A stretch of DNA of 64,000 nucleotides from a virus (taxonomy: Duplodnaviria; Caudoviricetes), in the IMG/VR virus record IMGVR_UViG_3300014205_000205, positions 1-64,000 of that record; one strand, written 5' to 3'. The translations under genes and the position numbers were made by a program. Numbering within the stretch: position 1 is the stretch's first letter; the number at the start of each line of letters is the position of its first letter. Shown here in pieces: positions 46,309-54,281 of this stretch. The notes under the pieces were generated by a model. That model was given only the letters and a program-made list of their open reading frames with translations, did not search any database and was not told the DNA's origin.

Positions 46309-47273
46309 CCCTTCGGCGCCCGCTCTTTGAAGTCCGCCTCACTCATGATCCCGTCATGCGTCTGCCTGACCAGGACCACACCCTCCCGCCACTCGCCAAA
46401 GGTGTACGGCCGCCCCAGGGCCAATTCGATCAGCCCGCCAACCTCATCACAGCCGGCCGCGATCGTCAGGTTGACCGTGCCGCTGAACCTCGGATTGATC
46501 TCGAACACATAGGGTACGCCATCCCGCATCCGAAGTTGCACGTTGAAGGGGCCGCACGGGTTCAGCTTCTCGGCGATGTCGCGGCACACCTGGTCAATGG
46601 CTTTGTTGCGCCGGGTGACGGCCAGCCGCGTAGAGCCTCTCTTGTCGATGATCTCCTTTGGCACCACGGCGTGAACAGTGTTGCGCTGGTCGCAGACGAC
46701 GGAGACGGTGTACTCCGGGCCGTCGATGTACTCCTGGATAATGAGCGCATCAAGGTAGCCCGCGGTTTCGGCGTGAGCCAATCCCTCTTGGCGGGACCGG
46801 ATAATCGCTACTCCGCGACTGCCTCGCCCTGTACGCGGCTTAATTACCCATGGATATAGCAAATCAAATGGGGCTGTATCGTCGATGGTTTTCGTTCTGT
46901 TATACGTGCGAGGGACCGTGACGCCGATGCCGCCCAGGACGCGCATTAGTTCTCGCTTGTCTAGGCAGGCGCGGATAAAGGTCTCCGTTGGAGTAAGCAC
47001 TTTGGACGGATTAGCGGCTTTGAACAACGCCGACTCTTCGTCCACCAGCGGAATGGCTATATCAACTGACTGGCGAATGCAGAGGTCCATCATAGCAAGC
47101 ATGTAGCCATTGTCCGTCGCTTTTGGCACAACAAAACCCCCATCGCCCAGGTATAGCCCAGGTGCATGGGGGTCCGTGTCGCAAGTTAGTACTCGATGGC
47201 CTCGGGACTGCAAATGGCGGATCAGATCAGGTATGGCGGCGCCGCCCGCACCTGTAAGTAATATGGTTGCCGT
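46296..47273 (-). CDS. ATP-grasp amide ligase (CPS-like), apparent ACG start
   Basis: TILLTGAGGAA, VIKPRTGRGSRGV, IQEYIDGPEYTV, FEINPRFSG; frame bounded by TAA 47276-74. Confidence 0.88.
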   Translation of the reverse strand, partial: TATILLTGAGGAAIPDLIRHLQSRGHRVLTCDTDPHAPGLYLGDGGFVVPKATDNGYMLAMMDLCIRQSVDIAIPLVDEESALFKAANPSKVLTPTETFIRACLDKRELMRVLGGIGVTVPRTYNRTKTIDDTAPFDLLYPWVIKPRTGRGSRGVAIIRSRQEGLAHAETAGYLDALIIQEYIDGPEYTVSVVCDQRNTVHAVVPKEIIDKRGSTRLAVTRRNKAIDQVCRDIAEKLNPCGPFNVQLRMRDGVPYVFEINPRFSGTVNLTIAAGCDEVGGLIELALGRPYTFGEWREGVVLVRQTHDGIMSEADFKERAPKGWNA

Positions 47274-47278
47274 TTAGA

Positions 47279-47497
47279 TTACCTCCACATTCTTGTCTGC
47301 GCATCATTCAATTTGCGCAACGTATCTTGAATGCTCTGCCACTCCTTTGAAAGGTGGCGAAGCCGGTCTGTTTCTGCCACAACCTCAGCCGTCCTCCGCT
47401 TCTGGTCTTTATCCATCCTGTGAATCAAATACAAACTCAACGGTAGGGATAAAGCCATCGATACCAAAGCGACAAGAGGAACCACCCACCAATTCAT
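47279..47497 (-). CDS. Small single-TM protein
   Basis: N-terminal hydrophobic helix plus coiled coil. Confidence 0.6.
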   Translation of the reverse strand: MNWWVVPLVALVSMALSLPLSLYLIHRMDKDQKRRTAEVVAETDRLRHLSKEWQSIQDTLRKLNDAQTRMWR

Positions 47498-48537
47498 CGC
47501 AGCACCCTCCATTCCACAACCTCATCCTCTGGAATGTCCGCCTTGGCCACTCGCCCAACCACCAAAGTGATGTCCTTCGCCGGTATCCCATGTCCCGGTC
47601 GCTTGCTTGTCAACATCTCCGCTGTGATCACAGTCCCGGAAGGGATATAGCAGGCGGACACCACCGAACGCCGCGCCTTGAGGTACATATCTTGCTCCTC
47701 AGGTGCCGGGCCGGTCTTATCTCCGTCACCCATGGCGGCCTCTACGTCTCGGATCTGGCTTACCATGGCTTTGAGTTCGCCGGGCTCCAAGGCGAAAGCG
47801 TGGTCTGGGCCCGGCGATGTGCGGTCAAGCGTGAAGTGCTTCTCGATGATGCAGGCACCCATAGCAACGGCTGCGAGGGGGATGTGCCAGCCTAGTGTGT
47901 GGTCGGAGTAGCCAAGCAGGCCGTCGTAAGTGCATGACCATTCGGGGATGAATCTCAGGTTGGCGATATGGCAAGGCGCCGGATAGAGCGACGCGCACTG
48001 AAGAAAGGCCACTGCGTCGTTGTCCATGTCCCAACAAGCGCCATATACATCCCCGATTTCTCGCGCGGTACACATCCCGGTAGAGATGATCATCGGCCTG
48101 CCCTTGCTGGCCACGTACCGCACAAACGGCAGGTCTACGGCCTCATAGGAGCTGATCTTGAATGCCGGCACCCCAATGGCGTCAAGCTCGTCCACCCCGG
48201 CCCGATCGGTCGGCGTGCTCAGCCAGTGGATGCCTTTGGCTGTGGCGTAATCGAACAAGGGCTTCTGCCATTCCCTCGGCAATTCGGCTTTGCGGATAAT
48301 GTCCCAGGTGTCTTCGTCACGACCCGCCAGGTAAGTAAAGCGCGGCGTACGCTTGGAATAGAGAGTATCGGCACTGTAGGTTTGGAACTTTACCGCATCG
48401 CAGCCGGCTTCGACAGCGGCATCAATCAAGCGCTTAGCCGTCTCGAAGTCGCGGTTGTGGTTGCTTCCGGCCTCGGCTATTACGTAACAAGGATGGCCCG
48501 GGCCCACGGTTCGGTGGCCGATTTGGATGGTACTCAT
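47494..48537 (-). CDS. neuB: Nonulosonic acid synthase (NeuB/PseI/SpsE family) with SAF domain
   Basis: IAEAGSNHN, DAVKFQT, FKISS, IISTGM, YSDHTLG, IEKHFTLDR, KRPGHGI. Confidence 0.95.
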   Translation of the reverse strand: MSTIQIGHRTVGPGHPCYVIAEAGSNHNRDFETAKRLIDAAVEAGCDAVKFQTYSADTLYSKRTPRFTYLAGRDEDTWDIIRKAELPREWQKPLFDYATAKGIHWLSTPTDRAGVDELDAIGVPAFKISSYEAVDLPFVRYVASKGRPMIISTGMCTAREIGDVYGACWDMDNDAVAFLQCASLYPAPCHIANLRFIPEWSCTYDGLLGYSDHTLGWHIPLAAVAMGACIIEKHFTLDRTSPGPDHAFALEPGELKAMVSQIRDVEAAMGDGDKTGPAPEEQDMYLKARRSVVSACYIPSGTVITAEMLTSKRPGHGIPAKDITLVVGRVAKADIPEDEVVEWRVLR

Positions 48538-48538
48538 C

Positions 48539-48778
48539 TCAGACTCTCCTCCCATCCATCCTACGCACACCCGGGAACTGACGAGATATTGCCTCCCAAA
48601 ATGACCGGGCGGCCTCATCTGGTACGTACCCAGGACCGAATGCTACCTGCCCGGTTCCCAAGTGGATCTTGACCATACCATTTCCGATGTTGATGTGGCC
48701 ATACAGAGCAGGAGCCGCCGTTATACCCATGCCTCCCAAGGCGGAAAGCGGCATTATGACTTCGCGGTCGTCGCCCAT
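48539..48778 (-). CDS. Small hypothetical phage protein
   Basis: 79 aa; YVPDEAARSFWEA. Confidence 0.6.
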   Translation of the reverse strand: MGDDREVIMPLSALGGMGITAAPALYGHINIGNGMVKIHLGTGQVAFGPGYVPDEAARSFWEAISRQFPGVRRMDGRRV

Positions 48779-49095
48779 ATGGCTCTCGCCTCTTTCTTAA
48801 TCTCAACGTTGCCGTGAAGCACTTCTTCGCAAGCTCCTTCTTCACAGGAACACCGATGGACCGATGTTGCCCGGTCATCCTCGGCGCAGAAGTGGACCAC
48901 AAATCCATTCGGACCGGCCAGCGCCTCCGTCGTCAGCAGAACCTTGTTGCCATTGAGGAATACCTCTACCGTGGTTGTCTCCGCTTCCTTGCGATCGGTC
49001 TTAAAACGCAGGGCTGTGTGATCCGGCCCTTGCCGCGGGCCACTCGGAAACGGCTCGGGATGACAGCGCCGGCACCGACATACATGCTCGGCCAT
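48754..49095 (-). CDS. Cys-rich hypothetical protein
   Basis: HVCRCRRCHP and HRCSCEEGAC; GGAAGGGG RBS. Confidence 0.6.
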   Translation of the reverse strand: MAEHVCRCRRCHPEPFPSGPRQGPDHTALRFKTDRKEAETTTVEVFLNGNKVLLTTEALAGPNGFVVHFCAEDDRATSVHRCSCEEGACEEVLHGNVEIKKEARAIWATTAKS

Positions 49096-49099
49096 GGTT

Positions 49100-50353
49100 C
49101 TACCGCGCCCCTTCCCTTGGCTCCTCCAACCACTTCTCCAGCACCTCGGCTACCTCGTAGTACACCTGCGCCGTGCGCCGAATGTCTTCGTCACTGTGGC
49201 TGTAGCCAACGTAGGTGATCAAGCCTGGCAGCACGCCGCGGGCCGCACATTCGGCCATGAAACGCATCTTCAGCTCCTGCGCTCGGGGTCCGGTGAATGT
49301 CTGGCGCCAGCAAACCGGGATGCCCTCGGCGTAAGCAGGCACGTCGTGGCGGTTCATCGCGCCCTCGAAGCCAGCCATGAGCGTTGATCCCGCCCGGTAG
49401 ATGTGGTCTGCGACCGGCTCCGAACGGAGGATGTTTAGCGTAGCCTTAGCCGCAGCCAGGCCGATCAGCTCGCCGTTGTAGGTCCCTGAAATGAAACACT
49501 TTTCAAAGGCGTCCATAACATCCCGGCGGCCAGCTACAGCCCCGGTCGCATAGCCATTGCCCATCGCTTTCCCCAAGCAAATCAAGTCGGGCGTAACACC
49601 GCACCACGCGGAATACGTGAGCCCGTTGAAGCGGCCGAAGGTCACGACCTCATCCGCCACATACAACGCACCGTACCGGACACACAGTTTTTTGACCTTA
49701 CGCAGAAACTCGAAGGAAGCCATGAACGTCCGGGCTGGCTCAATGAGTACCGCAGCGACTTGGGTCCCTCGTTCGGCATGCCATTCCAGACGCTCCTGAA
49801 GCGAGATGGCATCGCCGTAAGTGAATTGGTCGATGTTGTCTGCCAGGTTCTTCGGCACACCGTACTCGCCCCGGCCTAACTGAGTCACCTGGAAGTAGTC
49901 ATCCTGCCCGTGATACGAGTTGCTGGCTACCAAGACAACATCGCGCCCGGTATATGTCCGGGCCGCCCTGACCGCTGCCGACGTCGCCGCCGATCCGGTC
50001 TTGACGAAACGAACTGCATCCGCTCCGGGCAGGATCTCGGTCAGCATCTCAGCCACCTCGACGACCAAGGGGTGCTCTAAAGAAAAAAGCACGCCCTTGC
50101 GTGCCTGCTCGACCACCGCTTCGGTAACTGCCGGGTAGTTGTACCCCAGGACGATTGGCCCGAGGGCCGCCATGTAGTCGATGTACTCGTGACCGTCAAC
50201 GTCCCAGACGTGTGAGCCTTGCCCTCGCTCGATGAACGACGGGTAATCGATCGGGTTTCTCGCCGTGGCCTTGCTGAGTGTCTGGGCCCCTTGGCAGGGC
50301 ATCACTTTCTCTGCCCTCGCTAGCCATTCTCGCGACTTGTCATACTGCCCCAC
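49100..50353 (-). CDS. Class III PLP aminotransferase (GSA-aminomutase-like, sugar-cluster type)
   Basis: GQGSHVWDVDGHEYIDY, RFVKTGSAAT, YHG, VADEVVTFGR, PDLICLGKAMGNG. Confidence 0.9.
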   Translation of the reverse strand: MGQYDKSREWLARAEKVMPCQGAQTLSKATARNPIDYPSFIERGQGSHVWDVDGHEYIDYMAALGPIVLGYNYPAVTEAVVEQARKGVLFSLEHPLVVEVAEMLTEILPGADAVRFVKTGSAATSAAVRAARTYTGRDVVLVASNSYHGQDDYFQVTQLGRGEYGVPKNLADNIDQFTYGDAISLQERLEWHAERGTQVAAVLIEPARTFMASFEFLRKVKKLCVRYGALYVADEVVTFGRFNGLTYSAWCGVTPDLICLGKAMGNGYATGAVAGRRDVMDAFEKCFISGTYNGELIGLAAAKATLNILRSEPVADHIYRAGSTLMAGFEGAMNRHDVPAYAEGIPVCWRQTFTGPRAQELKMRFMAECAARGVLPGLITYVGYSHSDEDIRRTAQVYYEVAEVLEKWLEEPREGAR

Positions 50354-50386
50354 GAATGATGTTCCTCCTCCATCAACAAGCCGGTA

Positions 50387-50598
50387 GAAGGTGATTTTGT
50401 CTATTGGATGCAGGCGATATTAAGAGCTTTTCGTAGCTGCAGCGAGATACACGATTGCATAAATCGCCTGCATGAACGGCCCTGTTCGCCCCTTTGTTTA
50501 CCAGTCCCCAGAAACACGCAATCGCCGCCCATGGCCCAAAACCAGCCGAAACGGCGATCGGACTACCTCAAAAACGCAACGTCCGATAATCACCATTC
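50387..50598 (-). ncRNA. Candidate 212-nt multibranched RNA between terL and the aminotransferase
   Basis: Closing helix 50598-88/50396-87; internal arms 50558-87, 50521-59, 50408-73 (11 bp) and two short hairpins. Confidence 0.45.
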
Positions 50599-50604
50599 CG
50601 TCTC

Positions 50605-52257
50605 TTAGACCTTCCACGGGCTGGAGCGATGCCCGGCCTGCAGATTCAGCGTCATACCGTCATGGGATGGCGCCTTTCCTGTCCGCTCAAAAGCCATCTC
50701 GTCATAGAGCTCCGCATGGGCGAAGTGATCGGCTTTGGTACCCTCCACATAGCGATACACCGGCTGCCCGGTCCGCTTGTCCGTGGAGAGGATACGCTTC
50801 GGGGCCTTCATCTGTGTGAAATAGCCCTCGATGGTTTGCGCATGCGCCGGCAGGATGAGATGTTGCCCCTGCACCCGAGCCATCATCTTGTCCATGGCTA
50901 CCGTCCGGTTAAGATGCACGATGCGTTTATCACCGTCCCATCTGGCCGTCTCCGCTTTGTCCTCGATGTCATACTGTGCCGCCCAGGCCCGGCCCGGAAA
51001 CCGCTCGCAGAACTCAACGACTTTGCGCGTCTCCGGGTTCTTGTCAATCACTGCACAGCGGACGTCGTAGCGAGTCATCAATGACACCAAGTCTTCGAAG
51101 TCGAGCACCGTGCCGATATAGACGGCGCGTTTTTCGTCCTTGTAGCGCATAGAGATTCGAACATGCAAGGCTTTGCCGACGTCTACGCCCATGGAACAGC
51201 GTTTTCCAACGGATGGCATTTCGCGGTACTCTGGGTCTCGGCAAGCCAACAGCAAATCGTCGTCCAGGGCGCCACCCTTGGCAACGTGGGGCAGGCCTAT
51301 GCCTTGGTTCCAAAACTCCTGTTCCGCTGCTGGGTCGTCATCGGCGGCCTTCGCCTCGGTTGCCATTTCCTGCGCCGTCTTGGTTGGGCTTAGGAGCTGG
51401 CTGACGCGACGCCCCCGGATTTCGCCCGAAGGGTTCTGCGGCACCCACAGACCGTTCCAGGCCATGAACGTCGTCGTCGGCTTGTGGCACTTGGCGCACC
51501 AATAATTGGCCGGGACGACCTCCAAGTTGATGTTGTCGGGCCAGGTTGGGATTTGCTGCAGACCGCAAGCTGGGCATACGACCATGAATTCATGCTGATC
51601 GCTTTCTAACCACCGGGCATGGATGCCAAACTCGGGCACCGTTGGCGTCGAGATGTCGAGCTCCCATTTCCACGGACTGGCATCCAGGCGTCGGCGCGCC
51701 AACGGCAGGTGTTTTTGCACCATTTCGTCGAACTCATCAACGATCAGGAAGTCGATCGGCATGCTCTTCAGCTTCGACTTACTGCGAGAGCCCCGGATGA
51801 AGAAGTTGCGCTCCCCGGCGCGCTTATGCTGGGTATTTGAGACATCCGTGAAAAGCGACTCCAGGTAGTCCGACCCTTCGATGGCCGGCCCGAACCTGGA
51901 GTTGGAGAAGTCGTATGACTCGTCGTCGGTGGGTAAAAGATAGAGAATATCCATGTTGTGGATGTCCAAGCCCCAAAGCGACTTGTTAATGGCGTATTCC
52001 GATAGGCCCATCTGCGCAGCCTTTGAGAGCACCATCACAGGAGATTCATCGGCGTAAATATCCCGAAGAAATGGGTATCGATCCAGATTGAAGGGGCGCC
52101 CATCAATGACACGTCGCCGCTTCGTCCATTCTTCCAAACCGATACGCACTACCGCATGCAGATCCTCCGCTGATTGTATCGGGCCCGCCTTCTTGATGAA
52201 GTAGGCGATCAGCTCCGCTGTCGTCTGCGGTTGTTGAGGTGATTTCTTATTGAACAC
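50605..52257 (-). CDS. terL: Terminase large subunit (gpA-like)
   Basis: KAAQMGLSE, FLIVDEFD, ISTPT, MGVDVG nuclease motif, DHFAHA. Confidence 0.93.
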   Translation of the reverse strand: MFNKKSPQQPQTTAELIAYFIKKAGPIQSAEDLHAVVRIGLEEWTKRRRVIDGRPFNLDRYPFLRDIYADESPVMVLSKAAQMGLSEYAINKSLWGLDIHNMDILYLLPTDDESYDFSNSRFGPAIEGSDYLESLFTDVSNTQHKRAGERNFFIRGSRSKSKLKSMPIDFLIVDEFDEMVQKHLPLARRRLDASPWKWELDISTPTVPEFGIHARWLESDQHEFMVVCPACGLQQIPTWPDNINLEVVPANYWCAKCHKPTTTFMAWNGLWVPQNPSGEIRGRRVSQLLSPTKTAQEMATEAKAADDDPAAEQEFWNQGIGLPHVAKGGALDDDLLLACRDPEYREMPSVGKRCSMGVDVGKALHVRISMRYKDEKRAVYIGTVLDFEDLVSLMTRYDVRCAVIDKNPETRKVVEFCERFPGRAWAAQYDIEDKAETARWDGDKRIVHLNRTVAMDKMMARVQGQHLILPAHAQTIEGYFTQMKAPKRILSTDKRTGQPVYRYVEGTKADHFAHAELYDEMAFERTGKAPSHDGMTLNLQAGHRSSPWKV

Positions 52258-52258
52258 G

Positions 52259-52876
52259 TCACATCAACGCCCTTACCGCGGGATCAGCTTTCAACCGATT
52301 GATTATCTTTTCGAGTATGGCCGGCGGGCACTCCGCTGCGAGTGCCGCCAAAATAGCCTTGACAGCGTTTTCAAACTGCTCGTGCTGCGCAAGGCGGTCT
52401 TTAATATCGACGAACAAAACCATCCACCCGCGCATTTCTTTGGATAGCCCCACCATACTGGAGTAGTACTTACCAAAGTCCGGGGCCACCAATTTGCCGG
52501 TGAGTTGATCCCTCTCCATAACGGTTTCTAACCGTATTACCTCGGCGTCAATGCGTTGCACGTACCGATTCAGCGTCTGGGCCACATCCACTTGGATGGC
52601 GACGATTTCCTTGACGGCCTCGACCTTGAGTTCTTCCGCCCGATCCTGCTGTTTGCAGCGCTTCGTCCGCCTATCGATCGGACCGGACTTCATGTACCTG
52701 GTAATCGCCATGGTGATCGCGTTATCGTTCGGCATGGGCTCCTTGGTGCGGGTTGCCCAGGCTTCCACATCGCCCCGCACGTCCTTGACGATGGAACGAC
52801 CTTTACGCCCCATGGCCCACATCTCTGATACCCGGGGACCGATGCCCCACTCATCCACCTTATGGGGCTTGGCCAC
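52259..52876 (-). CDS. terS: Probable terminase small subunit
   Basis: Helical 205 aa ORF abutting terL; GGAG RBS. Confidence 0.6.
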   Translation of the reverse strand: MAKPHKVDEWGIGPRVSEMWAMGRKGRSIVKDVRGDVEAWATRTKEPMPNDNAITMAITRYMKSGPIDRRTKRCKQQDRAEELKVEAVKEIVAIQVDVAQTLNRYVQRIDAEVIRLETVMERDQLTGKLVAPDFGKYYSSMVGLSKEMRGWMVLFVDIKDRLAQHEQFENAVKAILAALAAECPPAILEKIINRLKADPAVRALM

Positions 52877-52895
52877 TATAACACTCCTTTTATGC

Positions 52896-53005
52896 GTAAC
52901 GCTTGTAACGATTCAAAACGTTACTTTTTGTAACGAGTAACGTTACACGCTCTTGGCGAATCGCTTCCCTACCTTGGAATGCACCGTTTCTTTGCATCGC
53001 GTTAC
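52896..53005. repeat. Cluster of seven GTAACG/CGTTAC hexamers upstream of terS
   Basis: At 52896, 52905, 52919rc, 52930, 52937, 52941rc, 53000rc. Confidence 0.8.
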
Positions 53006-53234
53006 ATCGTCCAATCAGCAGCGAGGTGATGCCTTTGGCCCGACACCGTCAGGCTTCAAAAGTCGTTCCGCTTGGTGCTCCGCAGTTGGTGTCTCGTGCT
53101 ACCGATGACCTCCCCGAATGCGGTCCCATCAAAGTGGAGGTCTACCGAAGGCCCGGGTCCCTGTCTCTGGATATCTCCATTGGACCAGCAAGCGATCATC
53201 CGGGCGCTATCGTCACAGACCTGACATCGCGTAG

Positions 53235-53267
53235 AAAGCCCCCGCCGCCATGAGGTTGTCGGGGGCT
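53235..53267 (-). terminator. Terminator
   Basis: AGCCCCCG/CGGGGGCT stem followed by TTCT on - strand. Confidence 0.65.
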
Positions 53268-53808
53268 AGTTCTTTGCCTTTTGCAATCGTTCCTCGATGT
53301 CCCGGCACGTCTCCGGGTCAACCTCCACCACCGGCCCCCATCTGGGCGCTCTAGCCTCTGGTGAGCCGAAACAGGTCCGGAACCGCTCCGCCCAGGCCTC
53401 GGCTTCTGGTATGGTCGGGAATTGTACCCCTAGGATCTGCGCCGCCCAGTGGCCGATCTCGTGGGCGCTTGTTTGCTGTGCCTGATCCTCACGAAAGAAG
53501 GGCCCGGTGATGACTGCCAGGTCTATACCGCCTATGCGAGTGTAGTAGCCCTTGGCGTCCGGGGGTGGTGTGAGGAGATAGAGCGTGCCGAGGTCCACAC
53601 CGAGGTTTTTCTCCACTGCGGCTCGCTCCGTGTCGAAGATGTCGAACCGGCTGGCCTCTATCTGCGGTCTCGTCAGGCCGGCATCTTTCAGCACTGCCTC
53701 GGGCACCGTCATACCGCTTCCACCCGCTGCTCCTACCATGAGGAGGATACCGAGGGCCATTCCAGCAATGAAGGTTAGCGCTATTCCGCCAGCCAGTTTT
53801 CCGCTCAT
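53266..53808 (-). CDS. Membrane-anchored or secreted HExxH zincin-like protein
   Basis: N-terminal hydrophobic anchor; SAHEIGHW. Confidence 0.65.
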   Translation of the reverse strand: MSGKLAGGIALTFIAGMALGILLMVGAAGGSGMTVPEAVLKDAGLTRPQIEASRFDIFDTERAAVEKNLGVDLGTLYLLTPPPDAKGYYTRIGGIDLAVITGPFFREDQAQQTSAHEIGHWAAQILGVQFPTIPEAEAWAERFRTCFGSPEARAPRWGPVVEVDPETCRDIEERLQKAKN

Positions 53809-54221
53809 ACTTTTACCTCAGTGGCCTCTGGCCAAAAGTCAGGTGGATAGACAGGTTCCAGGTCATTCCCGTCGCGAGAGTTGTTGATATTACCGATGAT
53901 GCGTTCCTGGGTGAATGAGTCTGGCGGGTAGATGACGCCCTTTTCTTGAAGCCACGCGGGTATCTTTTGATTGCTCCACCATACGGCACCATCGAGAAGA
54001 GTCCACGGCTCTTTAGCTCTGTCGTGAACCATCAGGTCCAACTCGGTCCCATCCGGAAAACGGTAGCGGTTTGGCATGATCCCCATCAATTGCAGACCGT
54101 TCCAGACCTCCAAGCTCCACCCACTACTAGGACTGGAGTCGTACTTCTCCCAGACCCATGCCAAATCTAATGTGGACCCCGCCTGCCATTTCGCCTCAGA
54201 TACGCGAGTGCAAATAATCAC
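53805..54221 (-). CDS. Hypothetical protein
   Basis: 138 aa Trp-rich ORF overlapping the next start. Confidence 0.6.
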   Translation of the reverse strand: MIICTRVSEAKWQAGSTLDLAWVWEKYDSSPSSGWSLEVWNGLQLMGIMPNRYRFPDGTELDLMVHDRAKEPWTLLDGAVWWSNQKIPAWLQEKGVIYPPDSFTQERIIGNINNSRDGNDLEPVYPPDFWPEATEVKV

Positions 54222-54281
54222 TGGGTGATATGGTGCTTCATGGTGCTTTGGGCGCGGTCCCCCGCTTGATCAGGTAAAGGT

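Noticed and set aside
40892-50353. Sugar genes as a host chromosomal flagellar/spore-coat locus adjoining a prophage
   Set aside because: They alternate with terL, the RinA-like gene, portal, MCP and head-tail genes on one strand with overlapping or near-abutting junctions, in two separate blocks; no wzx/wzy, flagellar or cot genes are present.
49100-50353. HemL (tetrapyrrole synthesis) annotation
   Set aside because: Same fold family, but no hem genes nearby; the context is NeuB/SpsF, where class III aminotransferases are common.
53026-53253. 75-aa + strand ORF, or another structured RNA upstream of the terS repeats
   Set aside because: The SD is too close to the start; several 6-7 bp helices exist on the - strand but no consistent fold. 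Left uncalled.
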